Shown in pieces: positions 29,901 to 43,472 of a DNA stretch of 64,000 nt. The DNA is from Auanema rhodensis. Lineage: Eukaryota; Animalia; Nematoda. The notes below the pieces were generated by a model. The model was not told the origin of the DNA. It searched no databases and saw only the letters and a list, made by a program, of their open reading frames with translations. Within the stretch, counting starts at the first letter, position 1, and each line of letters opens with the position of its first letter. The DNA is taken from NCBI GenBank assembly GCA_964057225.1, contig OZ059897.1, positions 62,001-126,000 of the forward strand. The letters are read 5' to 3'. Both the position numbers and the translations under genes were made by a program.

Positions 29901-32900
29901 GCGAGTTACATACCAAGTGCACATCACGTGTACATTTAATTAGCATAAATTAAAGTTCACGTAACTTTCAAAGTCATGGTTACCATGCACCAATATCAAT
30001 AAAAATTTGTTTTTAGACTAATATGGACATGGGGAATCTAATTTTGAAAACCGCATCTCTTTATCTTTCACGTGAAGCGAGTTACATACCAAGTGCACAT
30101 CACGTGTACATTTAATTAGCATAAATTAAAGTTCACGTAACTTTCAAAGTCATGGTTACCATGCACCAATATCAATAAAAATTTGTTTTTAGACTAATAT
30201 GGACATGGGGAATCTAATTTTGAAAACCGCATCACTTTATCTTTCACGTGAAGCGAGTTACATACCAAGTGCACATCACGTGTACATTTAATTAGCATAA
30301 ATTAAAGTTCACGTAAATTTCAAAGTCATGGTTACCATGCACCAATATCAATAAAAATTTGTTTTTAGACTAATATGGACATGGGGAATCTAATTTTGAA
30401 AACCGCATCTCTTTATCTTTCACGTGAAGCGAGTTACATACCAAGTGCACATCACGTGTACATTTAATTAGCATAAATTAAAGTTGACGTAAATTTCAAA
30501 GTCATGGTTACCATGCACCAATATCAATAAAAATTTGTTTTTAGACTAATATGGTCATGGGGAATCTAATTTTGAAAACCGCATCTCTTCATCTTTCACG
30601 TGAAGCGAGTTACATACCAAGTGCACATCACGTGTACATTTAATTAGCATAAATTAAAGTTCACGTAAATTTCAAAGTCATGGTTACCATGCACCAATAT
30701 CAATAAAAATTTGTTTTTAGACTAATATGGACATGGGGAATCTAATTTTGAAAACCGCATCTCTTTATCTTTCACGTGAAGCGAGTAACATACCAAGTGC
30801 ACATCACGTGTACATTTAATTAGCATAAATTAAAGTTCACGTAAATTTCAAAGTCATGGTTACCATGCACCAATATCAATAAAAATTTGTTTTTAGACTA
30901 ATATGGACATGGGGAATCTAATTTTGAAAACCGCATCTCTTTATCTTTCACGTGAAGCGAGTTACATACCAAGTGCACATCACGTGTACATTTAATTAGC
31001 ATAAATTAAAGTTCACGTAAATTTCAAAGTCATGGTTACCATGCACCAATATCAATAAAAATTTGTTTTTAGACTAATATGGACATGGGGAATCTAATTT
31101 TGAAAACCGCATCTCTTCATCTTTCACGTGAAGCGAGTTACATACCAAGTGCACATCACGTGTACATTTAATTAGCATAAATTAAAGTTCACGTAAATTT
31201 CAAAGTCATGGTTACCATGCACCAATATCAATAAAAATTTGTTTTTAGACTAATATGGACATGGGGAATCTAATTTTGAAAACCGCATCTCTTTATCTTT
31301 CACGTGAAGCGAGTTACATACCAAGTGCACATCACGTGTACATTTAATTAGCATAAATTAAAGTTCACGTAAATTTCAAAGTCATGGTTACCATGAACCA
31401 ATATCAATAAAAATTTGTTTTTAGACTAATATGGACATGGGGAATCTAATTTTGAAAACCGCATCTCTTTATCTTTCACGTGAAGCGAGTTACATACCAA
31501 GTGCACATCACGTGTACATTTAATTAGCATAAATTAAAGTTCACGTAACTTTCAAAGTCATGGTTACCATGCACCAATATCAATAAAAATTTGTTTTTAG
31601 ACTAATATGGACATGGGGAATCTAATTTTGAAAACCGCATCACTTTATCTTTCACGTGAAGCGAGTTACATACCAAGTGCACATCACGTGTACATTTAAT
31701 TAGCATAAATTAAAGTTCACGTAAATTTCAAAGTCATGGTTACCATGCACCAATATCAATAAAAATTTGTTTTTAGACTAATATGGACATGGGGAATCTA
31801 ATTTTGAAAACCGCATCACTTTATCTTTCACGTGAAGCGAGTTACATACCAAGTGCACATCACGTGTACATTTAATTAGCATAAATTAAAGTTCACGTAA
31901 ATTTCAAAGTCATGGTTACCATGCACCAATATCAATAAAAATTTGTTTTTAGACTAATATGGACATGGGGAATCTAATTTTGAAAACCGCATCTCTTTAT
32001 CTTTCACGTGAAGCAAGTTACATACCAAGTGCACATCACGTGTACATTTAATTAGCATAAATTAAAGTTCACGTAAATTTCAAAGTCATGGTTACCATGA
32101 ACCAATATCAATAAAAATATGTTTTTAGACTAATATGGACATGGGGAATCTAATTTTGAAAACCGCATCTCTTTATCTTTCACGTGAAGCGAGTTACATA
32201 CCAAGTGCACATCACGTGTACATTTAATTAGCATAAATTAAAGTTCACGTAAATTTCAAAGTCATAGTTACCATGAACCAATATCAATAAAAATTTGTTT
32301 TTAGACTAATATGGACATGGGGAATCTAATTTTGAAAACCGCATCTCTTTATCTTTCACGTGAAGCGAGTTACATACCAAGTGCACATCACGTGTACATT
32401 TAATTAGCATAAATTAAAGTTCACGTAAATTTCAAAGTCATGGTTACCATGCACCAATATCAATAAAAATTTGTTTTTAGACTAATATGGACATGGGGAA
32501 TCTAATTTTGAAAACCGCATCTCTTTATCTTTCACGTGAAGCGAGTTACATACCAAGTGCACATCACGTATACATTTAATTAGCATAAATTAAAGTTCAC
32601 GTAAATTTCAAAGTCATGGTTACCATGAACCAATATCAATGAAAATTTGTTTTTAGACTAATATGGACATGGGGAATCTAATTTTGAAAACCGCATCTCT
32701 TTATCTTTCACGTGAAGCGAGTTACATACCAAGTGCACATCACGTGTACATTTAATTAGCATAAATTAAAGTTCACGTAAATTTCAAAGTCATAGTTACC
32801 ATGAACCAATATCAATAAAAATTTGTTTTTAGACTAATATGGACATGGGGAATCTAATTTTGAAAACCGCATCTCTTTATCTTTCACGTGAAGCGAGTTA

Positions 32901-35900
32901 CATACCAAGTGCACATCACGTGTACATTTAATTAGCATAAATTAAAGTTCACGTAAATTTCAAAGTCATGGTTACCATGCACCAATATCAATAAAAATTT
33001 GTTTTTAGACTAATATGGACATGGGGAATCTAATTTTGAAAACCGCATCTCTTTATCTTTCACGTGAAGCGAGTTACATACCAAGTGCACATCACGTGTA
33101 CATTTAATTAGCATAAATTAAAGTTCACGTAAATTTCAAAGTCATGGTTACCATGCACCAATATCAATAAAAATTTGTTTTTAGACTAATGTGGACATGG
33201 GGAATCTAATTTTGAAAACCGCATCTCTTTATCTTTCACGTGAAGCAAGTTACATACCAAGTGCACATCACGTGTACATTTAATTAGCATAAATTAAAAT
33301 TCACGTAAATTTCAAAGTCATGGTTACCATGCACCAATATCAATAAAAATTTGTTTTTAGACTAATATGGACATGGGGAATCTAATTTTGAAAACCGCAT
33401 CTCTTTATCTTTCACGTGAAGCGAGTTACATACCAAGTGCACATCACGTGTACATTTAATTAGCATAAATTAAAGTTCACGTAAATTTCAAAGTCATGGT
33501 TACCATGCACCAATATCAATAAAAATTTGTTTTTAGACTAATATGGACATGGGGAATCTAATTTTGAAAACCGCATCTCTTTATCGTTCACGTGAAGCGA
33601 GTTACATACCAAGTGCACATCACGTGTACATTTAATTAGCATAAATTAAAGTTCACGTAAATTTCAAAGTCATGGTTACCATGCACCAATATCAATAAAA
33701 ATTTGTTTTTAGACTAATATGGACATGGGGAATCTAATTTTGAAAACCGCATCTCTTTATCTTTCACGTGAAGCGAGTTACATACCAAGTGCACATCACG
33801 TGTACATTTAATTAGCATAAATTAAAGTTCACGTAAATTTCAAAGTCATGGTTACCATGAACCAATATCAATAAAAATTTGTTTTTAGACTAATATGGAC
33901 ATGGGGAATCTAATTTTGAAAACCGCATCTCTTTATCTTTCACGTGAAGCGAGTTACATACCAAGTACACATCACGTGTACATTTAATTAGCATAAATTA
34001 AAGTTGACGTAAATTTCAAAGTCATGGTTACCATGCACCAATATCAATAAAAATTTGTTTTTAGACTAATATGGACATGGGGAATCTAATTTTGAAAACC
34101 GCATCTCTTTATCTTTCACGTGAAGCGAGTTACATACCAAGTGCACATCACGTGTACATTTAATTAGCATAAATTAAAGTTCACGTAAATTTCAAAGTCA
34201 TGGTTACCATGCACCAATATCAATAAAAATTTGTTTTTAGACTAATATGGACATGGGGAATCTAATTTTGAAAACCGCACCTCTTTATCTTTCACGTGAA
34301 GCGAGTTACATACCAAGTGCACATCACGTGTACATTTAATTAGCATAAATTAAAGTTCACGTAAATTTCAAAGTCATGGTTACCATGCACCAATATCAAT
34401 AAAAATTTGTTTTTAGACTAATATGGACATGGGGAATCTAATTTTGAAAACTGCATCTCTTCATCTTTCACGTGAAGCGAGTTACATACCAAGTGCACAT
34501 CACGTGTACATTTAATTAGCATAAATTAAAGTTCACGTAAATTTCAAAGTCATGGTTACCATGCACCAATATCAATAAAAATTTGTTTTTAGACTAATAT
34601 GGACATGGGGAATCTAATTTTGAAAACCGCATCTCTTCATCTTTCACGTGAAGCGAGTTACATACCAAGTGCACATCACGTGTACATTTAATTAGCATAA
34701 ATTAAAGTTCACGTAAATTTCAAAGTCATGGTTACCATGAACCAATATCAATAAAAATTTGTTTTTAGACTAATATGGACATGGGGAATCTAATTTTGAA
34801 AACCGCATCTCTTTATCTTTCACGTGAAGCGAGTTACATACCAAGTGCACATCACGTGTACATTTAATTAGCATAAATTAAAGTTCACGTAAATTTCAAA
34901 GTCATGGTTACCATGCACCAATATCAATAAAAATTTGTTTTTAGACTAATATGGACATGGGGAATCTAATTTTGAAAACCGCATCTCTTCATCTTTCACG
35001 TGAAGCGAGTTACATACCAAGTGCACATCACGTGTACATTTAATTAGCATAAATTAAAGTTCACGTAAATTTCAAAGTCATGGTTACCATGCACCAATAT
35101 CAATAAAAATTTGTTTTTAGACTAATATGGACATGGGGAATCTAATTTTGAAAACCACATCTCTTTATCTTTCACGTGAAGCGAGTTACATACCAAGTGC
35201 ACATCACGTGTACATTTAATTAGCATAAATTAAAGTTCACGTAAATTTCAAAGTCATGGTTACCATGAACCAATATCAATAAAAATTTGTTTTTAGACTA
35301 ATATGGACATGGGGAATCTAATTTTGAAAACCGCATCTCTTTATCTTTCACGTGAAGCAAGTTACATACCAAGTGCACATCACGTGTACATTTAATTAGC
35401 ATAAATTAAAGTTCACGTAAATTTCAAAGTCATGGTTACCATGCACCAATATCAATAAAAATTTGTTTTTAGACTAATATGGACATGAGGAATCTAATTT
35501 TGAAAACCGCATCTCTTTATCTTTCACGTGAAGCGAGTTACATACCAAGTGCACATCACGTGTACATTTAATTAGCATAAATTAGAGTTCACGTAAATTT
35601 CAAAGTCATGGTTACCATGAACCAATATCAATAAAAATTTGTTTTTAGACTAATATGGACATGGGGAATCTAATTTTGAAAACCGCATCTCTTTATCTTT
35701 CACGTGAAGCGAGTTACATACCAAGTGCACATCACGTGTACATTTAATTAGCATAAATTAAAGTTCACGTAAATTTCAAAGTCATGGTTACCATGAACCA
35801 ATATCAATAAAAATTTGTTTTTAGACTAATATGGACATGGGGAATCTAATTTTGAAAACCGCATCTCTTTATCTTTCACGTGAAGCGAGTTACATACCAA

Positions 35901-38900
35901 GTGCACATCACGTGTACATTTAATTAGCATAAATTAAAGTTCACGTAAATTTCAAAGTCATGGTTACCATGCACCAATATCAATAAAAATTTGTTTTTAG
36001 ACTAATATGGACATGGGGAATCTAATTTTGAAAACCGCATCTCTTTATCTTTCACGTGAAGCGAGTAACATACCAAGTGCACATCACGTGTACATTTAAT
36101 TAGCATAAATTAAAGTTCACGTAAATTTCAAAGTCATGGTTACCATGCACCAATATCAATAAAAATTTGTTTTTAGACTAATATGGACATGGGGAATCTA
36201 ATTTTGAAAACCGCATCTCTTTATCTTTCACGTGAAGCGAGTTACATACCAAGTGCACATTACGTGTACATTTAATTAGCATAAATTAAAGTTCACGTAA
36301 ATTTCAAAGTCATGGTTACCATGCACCAATATCAATAAAAATTTGTTTTTAGACTAATATGGTCATGGGGAATCTAATTTTGAAAACCGCATCTCTTCAT
36401 CTTTCACGTGAAGCGAGTTACATACCAAGTGCACATCACGTGTACATTTAATTAGCATAAATTAAAGTTCACGTAAATTTCAAAGTCATGGTTACCATGC
36501 ACCAATATCAATAAAAATTTGTTTTTAGACTAATATGGACATGGGGAATCTAATTTTGAAAACCGCATCTCTTTATCTTTCACGTGAAGCGAGTAACATA
36601 CCAAGTGCACATCACGTGTACATTTAATTAGCATAAATTAAAGTTCACGTAAATTTCAAAGTCATGGTTACCATGCACCAATATCAATAAAAATTTGTTT
36701 TTAGACTAATATGGACATGGGGAATCTAATTTTGAAAACCGCATCTCTTTATCTTTCACGTGAAGCGAGTTACATACCAAGTGCACATCACGTGTACATT
36801 TAATTAGCATAAATTAAAGTTCACGTAAATTTCAAAGTCATGGTTACCATGCACCAATATCAATAAAAATTTGTTTTTAGACTAATATGGACATGGGGAA
36901 TCTAATTTTGAAAACCGCATCTCTTCATCTTTCACGTGAAGCGAGTTACATACCAAGTGCACATCACGTGTACATTTAATTAGCATAAATTAAAGTTCAC
37001 GTAAATTTCAAAGTCATGGTTACCATGCACCAATATCAATAAAAATTTGTTTTTAGACTAATATGGACATGTGGAATCTAATTTTGAAAACCGCATCTCT
37101 TCATCTTTCACGTGAAGCGAGTTACATACCAAGTGCACATCACGTGTACATTTAATTAGCATAAATTAAAGTTCACGTAAATTTCAAAGTCATGGTTACC
37201 ATGCACCAATATCAATAAAAATTTGTTTTTAGACTAATATGGACATGGGGAATCTAATTTTGAAAACCGCATCTCTTCATCTTTCACGTGAAGCGAGTTA
37301 CATACCAAGTGCACATCACGTGTACATTTAATTAGCATAAATTAAAGTTCACGTAAATTTCAAAGTCATGGTTACCATGCACCAATATCAATAAAAATTT
37401 GTTTTTAGACTAATATGGACATGGGGAATCTGATTTTGAAAACCGCATCTCTTTATCTTTCACGTGAAGCGAGTTACATACCAAGTGCACATCACGTGTA
37501 CATTTAATTAGCATAAATTAAAGTTCACGTAAATTTCAAAGTCATGGTTACCATGAACCAATATCAATAAAAATTTGTTTTTAGACTAATATGGACATGG
37601 GGAATCTAATTTTGAAAACCGCATCTCTTTATTTTTCACGTGAAGCGAGTTACATACCAAGTGCACATCACGTGTACATTTAATTAGCATAAATTAAAGT
37701 TCACGTAACTTTCAAAGTCATGGTTACCATGCACCAATATCAATAAAAATTTGTTTTTAGACTAATATGGACATGGGGAATCTAATTTTGAAAACCGCAT
37801 CTCTTTATCTTTCACGTGAAGCGAGTTACATACCAAGTGCACATCACGTGTACATTTAATTAGCATAAATTAAAGTTCACGTAAATTTCAAAGTCATGGT
37901 TACCATGCACCAATATCAATAAAAATTTGTTTTTAGACTAATATGGACATGGGGAATCTAATTTTGAAAACCGCATCTCTTTATCTTTCACGTGAAGCGA
38001 GTAACATACCAAGTGCACATCACGTGTACATTTAATTAGCATAAATTAAAGTTCACGTAAATTTCAAAGTCATGGTTACCATGCACCAATATCAATAAAA
38101 ATTTGTTTTTAGACTAATATGGACATGGGGAATCTAATTTTGAAAACCGCATCTCTTCATCTTTCACGTGAAGCGAGTTACATACCAAGTGCACATCACG
38201 TGTACATTTAATTAGCATAAATTAAAGTTCACGTAAATTTCAAAGTCATGGTTACCATGCACCAATATCAATAAAAATTTGTTTTTAGACTAATATGGAC
38301 ATGTGGAATCTAATTTTGAAAACCGCATCTCTTCATCTTTCACGTGAAGCGAGTTACATACCAAGTGCACATCACGTGTACATTTAATTAGCATAAATTA
38401 AAGTTCACGTAAATTTCAAAGTCATGGTTACCATGAACCAATATCAATAAAAATTTGTTTTTAGACTAATATGGACATGGGGAATCTAATTTTGAAAACC
38501 GCATCTCTTTATTTTTCACGTGAAGCGAGTTACATACCAAGTGCACATCACGTGTACATTTAATTAGCATAAATTAAAGTTCACGTAAATTTCAAAGTCA
38601 TGGTTACCATGCACCAATATCAATAAAAATTTGTTTTTAGACTAATATGGACATGGGGAATCTAATTTTGAAAACCGCATCTCTTCATCTTTCACGTGAA
38701 GCGAGTTACATACCAAGTGCACATCACGTGTACATTTAATTAGCATAAATTAAAGTTCACGTAAATTTCAAAGTCATGGTTACCATGCACCAATATCAAT
38801 AAAAATTTGTTTTTAGACTAATATGGACATGGGGAATCTAATTTTGAAAACCGCATCTCTTTATCTTTCACGTGAAGCGAGTTACATACCAAGTGCACAT

Positions 38901-41008
38901 CACGTGTACATTTAATTAGCATAAATTAAAGTTCACGTAAATTTCAAAGTCATGGTTACCATGAACCAATATCAATAAAAATTTGTTTTTAGACTAATAT
39001 GGACATGGGGAATCTAATTTTGAAAACCGCATCTCTTTATTTTTCACGTGAAGCGAGTTACATACCAAGTGCACATCACGTGTACATTTAATTAGCATAA
39101 ATTAAAGTTCACGTAACTTTCAAAGTCATGGTTACCATGCACCAATATCAATAAAAATTTGTTTTTAGACTAATATGGACATGGGGAATCTAATTTTGAA
39201 AACCACATCTCTTTATCTTTCACGTGAAGCGAGTTACATACCAAGTGCACATCACGTGTACATTTAATTAGCATAAATTAAAGTTCACGTAACTTTCAAA
39301 GTCATGGTTACCATGCACCAATATCAATAAAAATTTGTTTTTAGACTAATATGGACATGGGGAATCTAATTTTGAAAACCGCATCACTTTATCTTTCACG
39401 TGAAGCGAGTTACATACCAAGTGCACATCACGTGTACATTTAATTAGCATAAATTAAAGTTCACGTAAATTTCAAAGTCATGGTTACCATGCACCAATAT
39501 CAATAAAAATTTGTGTTTAGACTAATATGGACATGGGGAATCTAATTTTGAAAACCGCATCTCTTTATCTTTCACGTGAAGCGAGTAACATACCAAGTGC
39601 ACATCACGTGTACATTTAATTAGCATAAATTAAAGTTCACGTAAATTTCAAAGTCATGGTTACCATGCACCAATATCAATAAAAATTTGTTTTTAGACTA
39701 ATATGGACATGGGGAATCTAATTTTGAAAACCGCATCTCTTTATCTTTCACGTGAAGCGAGTTACATACCAAGTGCACATCACGTGTACATTTAATTAGC
39801 ATAAATTAAAGTTCACGTAAATTTCAAAGTCATGGTTACCATGCACCAATATCAATAAAAATTTGTTTTTAGACTAATATGGTCATGGGGAATCTAATTT
39901 TGAAAACCGCATCTCTTCATCTTTCACGTGAAGCGAGTTACATACCAAGTGCACATCACGTGTACATTTAATTAGCATAAATTAAAGTTCACGTAAATTT
40001 CAAAGTCATGGTTACCATACACCAATATCAATAAAAATTTGTTTTTAGACTAATATGGACATGGGGAATCTAATTTTGAAAACCGCATCTCTTTATCTTT
40101 CACGTGAAGCGAGTAACATACCAAGTGCACATCACGTGTACATTTAATTAGCATAAATTAAAGTTCACGTAAATTTCAAAGTCATGGTTACCATGCACCA
40201 ATATCAATAAAAATTTGTTTTTAGACTAATATGGACATGTGGAATCTAATTTTGAAAACCGCATCTCTTCATCTTTCACGTGAAGCGAGTTACATACCAA
40301 GTGCACATCACGTGTACATTTAATTAGCATAAATTAAAGTTCACGTAAATTTCAAAGTCATGGTTACCATGCACCAATATCAATAAAAATTTGTTTTTAG
40401 ACTAATATGGACATGGGGAATCTAATTTTGAAAACCGCATCTCTTCATCTTTCACGTGAAGCGAGTTACATACCAAGTGCACATCACGTGTACATTTAAT
40501 TAGCATAAATTAAAGTTCACGTAAATTTCAAAGTCATGGTTACCATGCACCAATATCAATAAAAATTTGTTTTTAGACTAATATGGACATGGGGAATCTA
40601 ATTTTGAAAACAGCATCTCTTCATCTTTCACGTGAAGCGAGTTACATACCAAGTGCACATCACGTGTACATTTAATTAGCATAAATTAAAGTTCACGTAA
40701 ATTTCAAAGTCATGGTTACCATGCACCAATATCAATAAAAATTTGTTTTTAGACTAATATGGAAATGGGGAATCTAATTTTGAAAACCGCATCTCTTTAT
40801 CTTTCACGTGAAGCGAGTTACATACCAAGTGCACATCACGTGTACATTTAATTAGCATAAATTAAAGTTCACGTAAATTTCAAAGTCATGGTTACCATGA
40901 ACCAATATCAATAAAAATTTGTTTTTAGACTAATATGGACATGGGGAATCTAATTTTGAAAACCGCATCTCTTTATCTTTCACGTGAAGCGAGTTACATA
41001 CCAAGTGC
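26929..41008. repeat. Large intra-array duplication, copy 2 (M154-233)
   Basis: The offset from copy 1 is 81 monomers (14,256 bp, matching the ORF-track spacing 15156->29412) at the start and 88 monomers (15,488 bp) at the end. Confidence 0.9.
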
Positions 41009-43472
41009 ACATCACGTGTACATTTAATTAGCATAAATTAAAGTTCACGTAACTTTCAAAGTCATGGTTACCATGCACCAATATCAATAAAAATTTGTTT
41101 TTAGACTAATATGGACATGAGGAATCTAATTTTGAAAACCGCATCTCTTTATCTTTCACGTGAAGCAAGTTACATACCAAGTGCACATCACGTGTACATT
41201 TAATTAGCATAAATTAAAGTTCACGTAAATTTCAAAGTCATGGTTACCATGAACCAATATCAATAAAAATATGTTTTTAGACTAATATGGACATGGGGAA
41301 TCTAATTTTGAAAACCGCATCTCTTTATCTTTCACGTGAAGCGAGTTACATACCAAGTGCACATCACGTGTACATTTAATTAGCATAAATTAAAGTTCAC
41401 GTAAATTTCAAAGTCATAGTTACCATGAACCAATATCAATAAAAATTTGTTTTTAGACTAATATGGACATGGGGAATCTAATTTTGAAAACCGCATCTCT
41501 TTATCTTTCACGTGAAGCGAGTTACATACCAAGTGCACATCACGTGTACATTTAATTAGCATAAATTAAAGTTCACGTAAATTTCAAAGTCATGGTTACC
41601 ATGCACCAATATCAATAAAAATTTGTTTTTAGACTAATATGGACATGGGAAATCTAATTTTGAAAACCGCATCTCTTTATCTTTCACGTGAAGCGAGTTA
41701 CATACCAAGTGCACATCACGTATACATTTAATTAGCATAAATTAAAGTTCACGTAAATTTCAAAGTCATGGTTACCATGAACCAATATCAATGAAAATTT
41801 GTTTTTAGACTAATATGGACATGGGGAATCTAATTTTGAAAACCGCATCTCTTTATCTTTCACGTGAAGCGAGTTACATACCAAGTGCACATCACGTGTA
41901 CATTTAATTAGCATAAATTAAAGTTCACGTAAATTTCAAAGTCATAGTTACCATGAACCAATATCAATAAAAATTTGTTTTTAGACTAATATGGACATGG
42001 GGAATCTAATTTTGAAAACCGCATCTCTTTATCTTTCACGTGAAGCGAGTTACATACCAAGTGCACATCACGTGTACATTTAATTAGCATAAATTAAAGT
42101 TCACGTAAATTTCAAAGTCATGGTTACCATGCACCAATATCAATAAAAATTTGTTTTTAGACTAATATGGACATGGGGAATCTAATTTTGAAAACCGCAT
42201 CTCTTTATCTTTCACGTGAAGCAAGTTACATACCAAGTGCACATCACGTGTACATTTAATTAGCATAAATTAAAATTCACGTAAATTTCAAAGTCATGGT
42301 TACCATGCACCAATATCAATAAAAATTTGTTTTTAGACTAATATCGACATGGGGAATCTAATTTTGAAAACCACATCTCTTTATCTTTCACGTGAAGCGA
42401 GTTACATACCAAGTGCACATCACGTGTACATTTAATTAGCATAAATTAAAGTTCACGTAAATTTCAAAGTCATGGTTACCATGCACCAATATCAATAAAA
42501 ATTTGTTTTTAGACTAATATGGACATGGGGAATCTAATTTTGAAAACCGCATCTCTTTATCGTTCACGTGAAGCGAGTTACATACTAAGTGCACATCACG
42601 TGTACATTTAATTAGCATAAATTAAAGTTCACGTAAATTTCAAAGTCATGGTTACCATGCACCAATATCAATAAAAATTTGTTTTTAGACTAATATGGAC
42701 ATGGGGAATCTAATTTTGGAAACCGCATCTCTTTATCTTTAACGTGAAGCGAGTTACATACCAAGTGCACATCACGTGTACATTTAATTAGCATAAATTA
42801 AAGTTCACGTAAATTTCAAAGTCATGGTTACCATGAACCAATATCAATAAAAATTTGTTTTTAGACTAATATGGACATGGGGAATCTAATTTTGAAAACC
42901 GCATCTCTTTATCTTTAACGTGAAGCGAGTTACATACCAAGTGCACATCACGTGTACATTTAATTAGCATAAATTAAAGTTCACGTAAATTTCGAAGTCA
43001 TGGTTACCATGCACCAATATCAATAAAAATTTGTTTTTAGACTAATATGGACATGGGGAATCTAATTTTGAAAACCGCATCTCTTTATCTTTCACGTGAA
43101 GCGAGTTACATACCAAGTGCACATCACGTGTACATTTAATTAGCATAAATTAAAGTTCACGTAAATTTCAAAGTCATGGTTACCATGCACCAATATCAAT
43201 AAAAATTTGTTTTTAGACTAATATGGACATGGGGAATCTAATTTTGAAAACCGCATCTCTTTATCTTTCACGTGAAGCGAGTTACATACCAAGTGCACAT
43301 CACGTGTACATTTAATTAGCATAAATTAAAGTTCACGTAAATTTCAAAGTCATGGTTACCATGAACCAATATCAATAAAAATTTGTTTTTAGACTAATAT
43401 GGACATGGGGAATCTAATTTTGAAAACCGCATCTCTTTATCTTTCACGTGAAGCGAGTTACATACCAAGTGC

